A stretch of 63,066 nucleotides of DNA, counting the filler, from Gonapodya sp. JEL0774 (taxonomy: Eukaryota): the NCBI GenBank assembly GCA_027604505.1. It is 26 parts of 26 records of this genome, joined end to end, with 100 filler letters (N's around TTAATTAATTAA, not from the genome) between each part and the next. Parts side by side here need not be neighbours in the genome. Positions count along the whole stretch, not along the records: positions 36,526 to 38,853 come from JADIIX010002022.1; positions 38,954 to 41,280 come from JADIIX010002023.1; positions 41,381 to 43,705 come from JADIIX010002024.1; positions 43,806 to 46,128 come from JADIIX010002025.1; positions 46,229 to 48,550 come from JADIIX010002026.1; positions 48,651 to 50,971 come from JADIIX010002027.1; 20 more parts are not named here. One strand, written 5' to 3'. The notes below the pieces were generated by a model. That model saw only the letters and a list, made by a program, of their open reading frames with translations, made no database searches and was not told the DNA's origin. This document shows, in pieces, positions 38,508 to 50,971 of this stretch. The translations under genes and the position numbers were made by a program. Within the stretch, counting starts at the first letter, position 1; the number at the start of each line of letters is the position of its first letter.

Positions 38508-38953
38508 GTTAATTCAGAAGAGCTTGAAGCGTCGGTGGACGCCGAAAGAGAAAACTGCCTGACCTCCCGTCCCCACAGCAGCCCACCACCCTTTCATTTC
38601 ATCAATACACGATTGAACTCTTTATATCATACAAGCAAACTACTGATCTACTAACCCGCCCTCCCCTGTTTATTACATTCACACATGACAACACGTGGAT
38701 CTTTAGAATACTTGAAAAGTTTAAAGTGTCAGTGCGATATCTTCAATTCAGTCGAGAACACTCCCTGCGAACTTGCAATGGGTGCAAAATTCGACATTTT
38801 CAATATTGATACATTATGGGGCGCACTCTGAAGTCCATCGACTACAGATTGTGNNNNNNNNNNNNNNNNNNNNNNNNNNNNNNNNNNNNNNNNNNNNTTA
38901 ATTAATTAANNNNNNNNNNNNNNNNNNNNNNNNNNNNNNNNNNNNNNNNNNNN

Positions 38954-39733
38954 TTCGTTTTTGTGGATAAGTACATATCTCATGAGGAGCCAGGCATTAT
39001 CTACAGGAGGCGTTTTTCGATAACGGAGTTCTCCATGCGATTCGAGAGTGGTTGGAGCCTTCCGTTGACGGATCTCTGCCTCCACTTCTGGTGCAGTCTG
39101 CAATGCTCGATGTCCTGGAGCAGGTGAGCAAGCAATGGGCCCGATCGTTGAAACTTCTAATTTATGCATGTTTGTATTTCATCTCAGTTGTCTCTCACGA
39201 AAGAAATGATTCGGGACAGCAGGATTGGCCGCATTGTCAACTTCCTAAGCTCTACAGAAAAGACTACTCCTGAAATCCAGAAACGGTGCAAGAACCTTGT
39301 TGGTAAGTGTACAGAATGCTGTAGGTATGTACAACGGTGATTTTGAACTCTGGATTCTCCTATGCCAGCACAATGGTCGAAAGGTCTGTACGGAACACAT
39401 CCTCCTGCAAGCCGTGTGGAAATCGAACACCGTGCTCGAGGTCCTGGAGCTCTCCCAAAGGCACGCGCCTACGTTGCCCCAGCAGAACAAGCGGTTCAGA
39501 ATGAGTTCGAGGAGAACGTGTACTTGGGTGCTATCAGACCGACAATTGAGCCTCGCTTGTATAAATTTGCGCCAAAATCGGAAGTCAGTGGCGATTTTGC
39601 TAAACGGAAAGCGGGAGGAGGTGGTGGTGGTGGCGAGAAGGACACATTGAGGAAGATTCATGCGATAACTCAGAATAAGGCTGGTGGAAACAAAGTGCAT
39701 ATTGGTGGCATCGGTGACCGTGCCATTAAATGA
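38954..39733 (+). CDS. IWS1: Transcription elongation factor IWS1/Spn1, C-terminal part
   Basis: FFDNGVLHAIREWLEPSVDGSLP, DSRIGRIVNFL and QWSKGLYG..RAYVAP match the TFIIS-N-like Spn1 core as recalled. Confidence 0.78.
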
Positions 39734-39859
39734 TTAATGCATCTCATCTATATAATACCTTGCAAAGAAAATTGTGGCAGACCCTTCGGATGCCTTTGAT
39801 GTGTGAAACTGCTGTGGTTGACGACAGGGGCTCCCTTTATAGGTCTTGACTCATTCATC

Positions 39860-41280
39860 AATGGATTCTCAATTACATCCAGGACTTTCTTCACAGACCT
39901 TTTGGTGGACGATCCCAGCAGGAACTCTCGTTCATGGACAGAAGGCGAGTGCCCGTGGGCTCAACCCGTCGGCAACTGTGCCGCGGATGTGATCCTGAAA
40001 TCAATCCATCGTCAGGTGACAACTGTCGACTCGGAGACCACAATCGAAGCTGCCACAGTGCAACTGGCGAAAGCCAATGTTTCATCCGCTCCCATAGTGC
40101 GTCCGGGTGCCTCTAGTGACCTTTCGTCCTGCCGTGATTCATTGTCAATTTATCACTGTCTCCCAGTTCAATCGACATCAAAACCAATACGTTGGTGAGA
40201 ATGCCGAGTATAATTCACGTTCGCTGTTATGGAAAGCCTGAATGAAGCGACTTTTAGGCTCACTGGACTGGTCCGACATCGCTTCCTACTTGCTCATTGG
40301 TGTGTAACACCCCACCATTTTGTTAATGCCCGCAAAGAATTCAAGGCTCATTAGGGACCCCGCAATTTAAAAGTGCTGAAGAAGGGTGTGCTGCCAAACG
40401 ATAGCGATTCCCTGGAATTTCAGGAGCTCCTAGAACGGTGTCACAATCTTCAACCTGTTCCAGGTTCGTACACCGCGGGATTGCTTGATTGAAATAAATA
40501 CAAACCATGAAGTGGGTTGTTTCGGAGTAGCTCGTTTGGCAGCAGATTTGTCGTCACGGAATCCGCTGTTCAATGGTGAGTTCTCGCAGTCACAATCGTT
40601 ATACTGAACATTCCCAAAGAGACTGGCAACGACAGTCACCTCCGAAAGCAGCATCCTTGAAGTTCTTGATATCTTCTCGAAGGGAATACATCGAGTATGC
40701 GTGATGGGACCTTCAGGCTTGGAAGGGGTACTGAGTCAGTCGGCTTTAGCCCAGTATCTCTATCGTCAATCAGAACGATTTCCCGAGCTTAAACCTGTGC
40801 TTGGGAAGACACTCGCGGAACTGGGAATTGGGGGACAGGGAAATGTCGTGTCAGTGGACGAAGAGACCACGGTGGTGGATGCGTTGAAGCTGATGGGTGA
40901 GTACCCATATTAATGACCCAACCATCGATTCTCCTCGTTTGAACCAATTTCCTAGTTGAGAGAAAGGTCTCTGCAGTTCCAATCATGGGAAAATCCGGTC
41001 AGATTCGAGGCAACGTTTCCCAATCAGATATCCGCTTTGTCATTTTGAACAGGAGAGTGCCCCTCCTGTACAGCTCCGTGTTGCAGTTCGCACGCTTTTT
41101 GGATCAACAACTGGGGATGAGTACGTTTCTCCGCGCTTCTTCGGCAATCTTTTCTTCAGTAGTCTCAGTAGACCTCACCCATTACAGTGACAGGACAAGA
41201 CCGCATGCCTGTTTTCGACCTTCCTTCCTCCTCAACATTGGCGTTGACAGTGTGAGTTTGAAGATCGAGCGTCCATCTTT
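39860..41280 (+). CDS. CBS-domain protein, Sds23-like; start uncertain, 3' truncated
   Basis: VTTVDSETTIEAA..NVSSAPI, LDWSDI, GIHRVCV..GVLSQS and VSVDEETTVVDALKLM..SAVPI..GNVSQSDIR. Confidence 0.8.
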
Positions 41281-41380
41281 NNNNNNNNNNNNNNNNNNNN
41301 NNNNNNNNNNNNNNNNNNNNNNNNTTAATTAATTAANNNNNNNNNNNNNNNNNNNNNNNNNNNNNNNNNNNNNNNNNNNN

Positions 41381-42383
41381 TGCAGGGGGAGGTGACTTCG
41401 TCGGGGTTAGAAACCCTTCGGATGACAGTGTAGAGGCCAAGACGCTGGGTTTCATGCCAGAGAGTGGACGAGTTGCATTGGGGACAGAGGGGATCGGGAA
41501 CATGCGTGGTTTACAGCAGGCTTCGATAGTAGTTGTCACTGGAACTCACCTCAAAGAACCCCAAAACTCTCCTTGCACCAACACCGACCTTCTGCACCGG
41601 AATTTGGAAGAACTTGACCGATCCTTGGTCAATGTTCCCGCTCGTGGTGTTCAGCGTTGCGGCGACTTGATCCATGGAAGGTTTTGGAGTGTTGCACAGG
41701 TAAAGAACAAAGAATTCACTTGTTGGAACAGATGTGACGACCTTGAAGCTGAGGGCGTACTGAATTCTGATGAGGCGTGCGGGAAGGGGGGTCAACAATT
41801 TAGTTGGGGGTGGTCTTCGCGCAGAGATCGATTCGCTCCTCGAACCACGACGCCCAGTCCATATCAGGCTCCTGCGCACTCGTCGTTCTTGGAGAGTGCT
41901 GCAGGGACGGCGCTCTCCGTGAGGTGCCGCGACCTGGTCTCCACCCCAATCGGTGCTCCACGGGTAGAGGCTAGAAGTTCCTCATGCTCAATTAGGCATA
42001 ACCATCAAATCATCCAATGTACCCTCAAGATAGAAATATCTCTCGCTTGCTGGAGAGTCTGTTGTAATTTTGAGGGTGAGATCCAGGTTACCCGTACTCA
42101 CCGAAATTGGGTACTGACGACTGGAACACAGTGAAACCCGGGATTCAGAGAATACGTTTACGACATCTGCAGCAAATCAAATCAAAATCTCATCGAATCT
42201 TTTCCGGAACTCACTGGGGGTGGCTTTGGTAGGGAAGTAGTCCAAGTCTGCTTTGTACGACCCAGGCTCCACTGGGCAAGCAATTTGTGCAGCGACAAAC
42301 GAGCAGAAGGAAGCCAGCATAATAAAGAAGGCTATTGTTCGAGGGAGGAAAGTTCTCGAGAGTGCTCGCCTGGGCAATAACAT
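41381..42383 (-). CDS. Secreted periplasmic-binding-protein-fold protein resembling cobalamin acquisition protein CBA1; 3' truncated
   Basis: Signal peptide, C..YKADLDYFPTK, IQYALSFKVVT..FVLYLCNTPKP, FFQIPV..V and GFFE-RLGL..VTSPC follow the CBA1-family motif order as recalled. Confidence 0.65.
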
Positions 42384-43805
42384 GCTTGGTGGGCGGTTCG
42401 GGAGGAGCAGGGTGGATTCACAGCTCCGTCCCCGACTCGGAGCGCCCGAGCAATAAGCCAAGGAGCCCAGTGAATGATGATTCGATATCGTTTGGGTGAC
42501 GGTTTGAGGATGGTCCTGTCGTACCCTTATCCGCTTCGAGATCTGCACCCTAGCCCCATCGTCGTCGTCTTCAGCGTCAGCCTCAACCAATGATCCTGCC
42601 CGTCTTCGCCTCCCGTCTCTCATTTTCGCCTGTCTCTGCTCCCTATTGACCACTGCATCAAAACGACTTGCAACTCGCCCCGTTTGGCCATGTAGGACAC
42701 CTGCAAGCCGTCTACTTTGCCCAGCCACCACGTGCTCTTCCTCTTTTTTGTTCTGCAGCTGTCGACTCGTCGTTGGCAGCGGTCGGTCTCGTGGCTTCAT
42801 TCCAGGGTCCAGAAATCCGGGCGGTTCTGTATCGGAGGAGTTCGGGGCCACACGAGAAACGAAAAGTCCCTCTTCAGCCCTCTTCCTTCTTCTTTCTTGT
42901 CTCCCAGCAACCTCACACACAACGTAAACTTTGCACACGTATGCTAAAAGAGGGTGGAAAAATGGAATATTTATTTGAGGGGGGAACACTTGCCCTATTG
43001 GGTGACTGTCCACCACACGACGCCACCGCCGGATTTCATCGAAAAGTTTCGAACTTCCTAACCCTACATTATTCTCATATGTCCATGTATGCATAATAAG
43101 TCTGACAGCAAACGAATGTGTTACCCGATCCCCCTCCCTCCCTCCCCAAACGGCACCGTCGGAGTTCTTCCGGCTCCTCACCCGACACCCAACAACAGAA
43201 TACCTACCAACACGCTGCTCGTATAGTCGACTGGCTGCTGGGGTGTCATGTTCATGCTTTCAACCAACACTTCACAATACTTTATGCTTTACGTCGGCAT
43301 GCACACCCAAAACATACCACGAGTTCGACCGAAATTTCCCTGTGAGACACAAAAGGAGGAGAGAACTGCAAACAAATGCAAGCTAGCTATAATAAACTAT
43401 TGCAATACTAAAATCATGCGCCGACCGATATCGAATCCAACAGCGTTCAGGTACTGTGTCATCTCTTCTAGCTTCGGTGCGTATGCCGTCGTTCGCTGTC
43501 ATGAAGGAATGGCATCCAAACACAGTTATTGAAGAAGCCTCGTCAACATGGCGATTCAACATCGAGAAATGCACCTCACCTTCAAAGGGACGAGTTTTCC
43601 TCGTAGAAATATCATCAGTGAGCCAACGTGTTCGTCCTTGATACCTTGTGACAATGTGGATGGGTTGGTCCAAGCTCCAAAATGACATTGCAGTGACGCC
43701 TTTCGNNNNNNNNNNNNNNNNNNNNNNNNNNNNNNNNNNNNNNNNNNNNTTAATTAATTAANNNNNNNNNNNNNNNNNNNNNNNNNNNNNNNNNNNNNNN
43801 NNNNN

Positions 43806-44739
43806 TTCGCCGTATCCATCGAAAATCTCTATTGACTCGAGCATGGCTATTGATCCCACTTCTGCGTACTTTCCACAAGTTTTCACAATTTTCTCACAAA
43901 GGAATTAACTGATATGGTAAGCCTACCCATTATAGTCTATTCTGCACCGTGTTGGGAAACTTAATATTCTGAAGCTCACAAATCATAATTACTGAGTTCT
44001 ATCTTTTGCAGAAGCACTTGCTGCACTTGTGCAGGGTCTGGGTATAAAAAGTTCCCCGCCAACACAGTAGATCGTGCTCTTTTGCAGGTGTTGGCTACAG
44101 CTCCACATGAGGAAACGGATAGCTACTGTCCTCCATTTTTGTTCACTAGAGATGATCTGACCGGAGATATTGTCACGAAACTAGCAAGATCGGATCCGGG
44201 AAATCGGCACTCAACTTTACTATTGAGCCTCCGGGATGTGCTTTATCCTGATAAAGCTGGTTTGTTTGGATCGTTCATTCTTGCTGGAGCAATTGACAGT
44301 GGAAAGTTTACGGTGATGGTTTTAAGTATCGTTGTTGCGACGGAATTGTTGGGTGATGCCAGTGCACATTAGGATCCTCATGTTGGCGCTGCAACGGGGC
44401 TCAACGGTGGAAAAATACTGTGTGAGGTATTTGATTAAGTATGCCGTCGAAAGAGCAGAGGGACTGACAATGAGTCCGATCCGTAACCTCGATGCGGTAT
44501 ATGAACAGATGCGATACGCTAGCTGGCAGGGTTTTGGACAAGGCGGCGATGCGCCGAGTCCCCAATTTTTGAGAGCGTTGATGCAGATGTGGGGGGACTG
44601 GTACTTTGCCATTCTAGACCACTTCATGGAGAGCAAGTGCACCGAAGATGAGCTGAGGAAAGGTAGACTGGCTCTCTTATATGAAGGAGTGAAAACAATA
44701 CTACTTGGACTTCGTCGTTCGTTGCAGCAGTCTTCTTAG
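43806..44739 (+). CDS. Hypothetical protein, 3' exons
   Basis: Overlapping ORFs 44082..44372 and 44332..44739 have helical protein-like composition. No recognisable motif. Confidence 0.35.
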
Positions 44740-46255
44740 AGAGGCGAGCTTTTCATCTGATAACCCAATGCAGCAAGGGCATGACCACAGTTCTTGTTGT
44801 GTTCTGACCGTCTTTTTCATTCAATCGGTCAACTGGAAGAAAATGTTGGCATCGATCGCCTCATAGCAAGTTTTATAAATTCCTTGGCTTTGAGTATCGT
44901 TGCTGGCTGTCTTCTGGAAGACCATCATCACCGATCCACAAAGTCATCGATCGTGTTCATCTCCAATCTCTCGGGTTCGTCTCTCGCGACTCAGCTCAAA
45001 GTCCTCAAAACCCCGCGGAAACGCAAAACAGGTGCCTCTCTACCAACTCGATTCTCGAGCCCCGTGGGAGGTGCTTCTTTGCCGTTTTCCTCATATTAAA
45101 GGGAAACCAAGATTAATCACAGCCAGCACGCTTTTCAAAACCTGTCCGTGCTAGCTGTTTCATGCTCTTGGTATATCTGCCGTTGATTCGCACTCGGAGA
45201 CGAGCACCAACACAGTTTAGTTGGGAATAGTTTCGACACTTGTATTGCAGGCCGAGATTCTTCTCTCGCACGAATACACCTATCCATCGCCCCATATCTC
45301 CTCGGAGAACATCTATCGTAGCGTTATTGACTTCAGTCCCGTTGCTTCCCTAACTGTCACGGCCGCGCCGTGTCATATCTACATAGCAGAGTGCATTCAA
45401 GGAAACTTAGCTGGTTGCATAATGCAATTTTGCACGCGGCCCGTGAACAACAGCAACGTGCTTTTGCTCTACCTGTCCGGCAGGGTGGACATGTCTGGCC
45501 TGCCCATTGAGCATTGGGTCAAACGTGGTCGGGGCATCACTCCTCTACTGTTATTTTGGGTGTAGGCTTTCTTTCTAATATCGTTTATTCCGATTGAAAT
45601 TGATGGAGTGTCCTAGGAAGAACCTAACGGAAGCGAAGATTCATTTTTTCTTACCATTGTTGACCCGAAGTTTCATGGCTCGTGGAAGTTTTTCTAATTT
45701 CATTAAAATGAAATGATCATATATTGTTCGTGTGATTGGTTTTTACAGTAATGTGACTTCCCACTTGGCGAACGCAAAATATTTGGCTGACTCATCTGCT
45801 GACAATGACGCTTGCCTGTAAGGACTTACTCATCTCACTATACCTTGCAAATTATCACCCAGTAGCTGAAGCTGAGTTCCAGCAGGCTCCGAGATGGCAT
45901 TGTACCCCTTTCGGACTTCGGCTCTTCCAAAATGCGTTGATATGGCGCTGCCCGAGCTCTCATGATCACTCTACTTCAACCGCCAACTACCACTACACCG
46001 TTGCTGACGTGTTTCACTCCGGAAGCCCGTCTTCCGCTTTTGTCTGAATGCTACGTGCGTTCATTTGCGATCTTTGTGAAATCTTTACAATGTGAGGGTC
46101 ATCTACAAGGTCGCCGAGTCTGCAAGATNNNNNNNNNNNNNNNNNNNNNNNNNNNNNNNNNNNNNNNNNNNNTTAATTAATTAANNNNNNNNNNNNNNNN
46201 NNNNNNNNNNNNNNNNNNNNNNNNNNNNTATGACATTTCGAAAGAGTCTCTGATT

Positions 46256-47495
46256 TTACTTCATATCGTCTTCCATGAAGATTTTCAAAACTTCTAAAAC
46301 ACTTTCATCAGCGTTGAAACCCAACTGCTTCGCCCAAGGAGTGTGAATACGACCTGGCCAGCTCCCAACGATTCTCTCAATTGCAGGATCCACTGTTCGA
46401 TCCACAAGTGATACATCTCCACCAACACTAATCATTGCGGCAAGCATGTCGCGGGGAGTAGTGGTGAGGCCAGGTACAGTGATGACAGACCTTCGTGCTC
46501 CATTGACGTCCACGAGCTGGTCCGCAGGTACGAGACTCGCATGAACTATACTCTGCACAGCACGCCGTGGACTAACAATCCACACCTGGGTGTCCTCTGG
46601 CACGGGCAGAGTAGCTCGTATTTTGTGTTGAAGAGGTTCGCGGATGATCGAGGACACGAAGCCTGACGCTGCTGCGTTGGGTTTCCCTGGTCGAATCGCC
46701 ACGGTAGGAAGGCGGAGTACACGAGCATCCAGAAGTGAGCGACGAGAGAGGTCAGATAGGAGAATTTCGCACATTGCTTTCTGTGAATTTTGTCGCGATA
46801 TTATGTTGGTTCTTGCGGAGGGTAAGACCCACTCTTGCACGTACCTCAGCGCCATATGAAGATTGAGGCATCAACACAGAATCCTCCGTGCAATTCTGAA
46901 ATAGAGCTGCGTCAGTAAAACCAAGTCTTAGTTTTCAAACGGACAGATCTCAGACTCTCAATGAAACAGGCAGTGCCGGGTGTATGGCGTGCCACGACAG
47001 CCGGACACGAAGACTGCCGGTAGTCCAAGCAGTGACACCGTCCTTTACAATATACGTGTCCTCTTGCAAACTCACTTTCACCACCTCGCCTCCGAAAACA
47101 GCCAAACTCGAAGTGAATACCACAACCGGTCGGATGCCAATCTCAAGACAACGCTCCGCAATCGCTCTCGTGCCATCAAAGTTGACGTTCATGCCCAGTT
47201 TCCAATCCTGTTCGGCCTGCGCCGAAACAACAGCGGCAAGATGGAAGATGCAGGAAGTGGAGGGAGTAATGAGATCCTTGAGAAGTGTGACGTCCAAGAT
47301 GGATCCGGTTCGATACGCAATAGGAACAGATGGGTGTGATACAGCCGATTCAGGCGGGTTCGGAGCGAAGGCATCAAGGATAGTGATGCGACTTGGGGGT
47401 GTTGGAAGAGAAAGAAGGGCGAGAATAAGTTTCTTGCCAAGAAAACCGCATCCACCAGTGATGACAACGTCCGAGTGCACGTGGCGGCTTGCCAT
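46256..47495 (-). CDS. Extended SDR / NAD-dependent epimerase-dehydrogenase, D-erythronate dehydrogenase (DenD)-like
   Basis: TGGCGFLG, HLAAVVSAQAE, VFTSSLAVFGG, spliced SSYGAEKAMCE (YxxxK) and RLPTVAIRPGKPNAAASGFVSSIIREPL. Confidence 0.85.
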
Positions 47496-48650
47496 TATGA
47501 TGAGGGTGATATGTAAATTGACCGTTTGTTCTCTGTTTCGCTTTCGACCAAGACCCTCAAAACCGCCGTCGGATGCAAACCGTGCAGCACACTACAGAAA
47601 AGTCACTGCAGCATTTGACGGAGTACTTGCACGTACGTTTTACCCGCACGGGGATACGATTGTCCGGTTGGATCAAGTGCGAAACAATCGTGGGTTGTCA
47701 GGATAGAAAAAGTTAGGTAAAAGTTCACCCAGGCATGGTGGATTATACGGACAGGTGGCTCGATGCACATCACCAATGTACATGCACAACAGCGGTGCGA
47801 GCATTTCAGATTGTGGCGTCTTCAGAGTCCATGCAAATCCATTGATCCTTGCATTATATAATTGACGTGTACAACCTCATCCGGTCGTGCGAAAGAGCAT
47901 GCCAAGGGCTCCGACAGCTTCTGACCGTTCTCTGATCGCCTTCGCATGTAGCGGGTGAATGCATGTACATGCGGGTAACTGATTTGCATTCGAATCAAAC
48001 ACGCACGTGGTCTGAAATTCATCCTGCATGGTAGAAAGGACCAAACTTAGCGATGTCTCTCCTGTACCAATGGCGACGGATCATTTAGATGATACTGCAG
48101 GCCACGTGCTGTCGACTGCCACGCCTCTAAGTGGATGCCACACAGCCGAGTCCACGGTACCTCGAAACGATACACTGGGAAATACCTATGTTTGTTTGGG
48201 AAAGCTAGAGTGTTGTAAATGTTTCGTGGGTAAACGAGTTGTTACGATTGGCTTGTTGTTCTTCGCATAAAGGTTTCATAAAAATTGCCGCGCCCCATTT
48301 CCTATGCAGTGGGACTCGATTCAAGATCATCAAACGCTCAAAACTCTTTCAATTCCCATAAAACTTCGTCAATCTTTCTGGCAAATGGCACCCGTAGCTA
48401 CAGATTCACCCACCATACCCATGGGGGAACAAGCTTTCCCCACAGTGTCTCACATCCAAGCAAGGGGTTCATCAAAGGTCATCGACATTCGTGGCATTTC
48501 CACCAACCAGGCGGAGCAGCCAACCATCGAAATAGTCCCGTTGGATGGCCNNNNNNNNNNNNNNNNNNNNNNNNNNNNNNNNNNNNNNNNNNNNTTAATT
48601 AATTAANNNNNNNNNNNNNNNNNNNNNNNNNNNNNNNNNNNNNNNNNNNN

Positions 48651-50971
48651 TTGTGCAATCTCTACCAGACGGAGATGGAGAGCGGCAGTAATGTGAACGC
48701 GAAGATCTTCTTCGGTGACAGTCGCACCGTCAAAGGAAGGAACGCGGGCTCGAAGAGAGTGAAGGTACGCTCCAGTTGCGTGGAATGGTCTCCCTGAGGG
48801 TAGAGCTGGAAACGTTCCACGAAGAAGAGTCAATGTCAGAATCGAGAAAGTGTTGCAAATAATAAACGCAAAACAAACCTATTGCTCGTTCAGATTCGTC
48901 AACAATTTGTCTCCCCTTCGCCTTTGTTCCAGTTAGTCTCCCTTTAGTTCGTTCACTCCCACCATTCCGGACATGCCTCACGACTCCACGCACGTACTTT
49001 ACTCCAAACAACCTATCCACCGTAAGCATGATGCCATCCTTCACAAGCATTCCCGCCACAGCCATCCACGATGGCCCCGGTAGGTCTTGCATGGTCTCCA
49101 TAACTTTTAGTGCACTGGCCTCGGTGGAACTTGACGCGCGCTCCCGCCGTTTTCTCAAACGTTCGGTACGTGTTTCCGGTGGTACAAGCAGCACAGATAC
49201 AATGATATGCAGGATGCAGATGATGGCGAGGAGGATTCGAAGACCGTCCCAGAGAAGGCTGAGCAGAGACGGTTCCGGTTCGGCTTGTGACAGCGGGAGG
49301 CCATCGTCAGAAGTAAAGACCCGAGTGTCTGCGTGTGGGCCTGCCTGTCCGGTGCTGGACCAAATGCCAGACCAGTCTCCAAGCTGCATCAAAGTAGCAA
49401 AGCTGAACAACGTTGCTGTCATCGGCAGAGAGCTGCTGGATGTGGATGTTTGCGCTTTGCCAACCTGCGTTCCAGTTCCCAAATTGGTTGCTGCAGATTG
49501 TTGCTCCTCTTTAAGAGACACTTTCGATCCTGAGCTGGGTTTCTTCCTCTTCCTGCCGTTTCCAACGTCAACCACATCCCCTGAGGAGTCTTCCCTTTCT
49601 GGTGACGCCACAGCCCTCGCCGCCCCCATGAAGCCACCGGAGCCCCCAAGAACACTCGACGCTGGTTGACGCCCCAGCGCCACACTAAGGAGTGCCTCTT
49701 CCAACTCTGCACATCGTATGCGGAGGCGCTCGTTTTCCTTACGGATGGTCGCGGCCTCCTCGCGAAGCCGGGAAATGTAGTCGACGGCTGTTTTGAGAAT
49801 TTCAGCTTTGTGAGGTTTTTTGACAGCCGAGTTTGCGCCTGTCGAATCAGGAGAGTAGGACACAGGGGACTCCGGGTCACCGTCCGAAACCTCGGAGCTT
49901 CCGCGTGGGTCCGCGAACGTAGCGGACTGGAATCCAATCGGAATAACATCAGCCAATTCACGAATGCGATCGTTGATATTATCTCGATATCTCTTCTCAA
50001 CCATGTTGTGCGTGGTTGGCTTCGGTGGAGGTACCGGGAGGGATGCAGCATGAAGAGATGTGGGGGAGGCCGTGGCACCTTCCACGTCACGCATCGCTAT
50101 ACCTGTGGATACGGAGAGCGGCGCGGGGGGCATACCTGGAAGGCCGGCGGTGGCTTGGCGGAGTAGCAGGCTGAGTGCGGGAAGGATTGGTTGATTTGAA
50201 GATGGAAAGTTGTTCGACGGCACATAGTGCGAGTTTGAATGAATTTGCGGTGCCGCTTGGGAGGGACCTTTTTCGCAAAACCGTGGTTTGCATGGTTCGC
50301 GATAGAGAACTGTAGACAGTTGTGACCCACTTGCCGTGACTCTCTCGGGTCGCTCATCTTTGACCGTCATATCCTGACCATCCTTTGAATCCTTCTTTGT
50401 TCGTCCTTTAGGTGGCTTGAGCTTCCTCGCTGCATCGGTCGGGGCGACCCGGAAGACAATGGGTGTATCGGGGCCACCAGCTCTTGATGGCAGGTTCGGG
50501 GTCCCCACAACGAGGGAAGAAGGGGGCAGAAGAAAGGATGAATTGTTGGGTTGGGGAGCTAACACGTACGTAATGGCTTGTGAGCATGCTGGATTTCCAC
50601 CAGAACATTAGTTTCGAGTACATAGCCTCACTTGCAACTCTGCTCGAAGGAAGCAGCAACGATTCACCATCTGCCAAGGACATATCAGCATCATCATCTG
50701 TCACAATGACCACCTCGACGGGCGGGGACTTCCCCGTGCGCCCTCGTGTTGCGTTGACATTCGCCGCTTTGCTCGCAGCTTTGGCGGCTTTGGCAGCTGC
50801 CTTTTCCTTGGCCTTGGCTTGCTGCTTTTTCTTCTGTTCCTCCATCTGCCTGCGCACGTTTGCGATGTTTGCTGCTTGCTCGAGTGGGTTTGAAGAATGT
50901 GGCATGACAATCACGGCTGGTTGACGATGGATGTCCGTTGGGATTGAGAGCTTAGAGGTGTCAGTAGGAAG
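48651..50971 (-). CDS. SREBP-family bHLH-ZIP transcription factor (Sre1/SrbA-like), internal part
   Basis: HNMVEKRYRDNINDRIREL carries the SREBP-diagnostic Tyr. KAEILKTAVDYI, a leucine zipper and two downstream hydrophobic segments follow. Confidence 0.88.

Noticed and set aside
42384..43181. Long N-terminal extension in ORF 42177..43181
   Set aside because: Only the part from ATG 42383 (signal peptide) looks like real protein. The rest has no motif.
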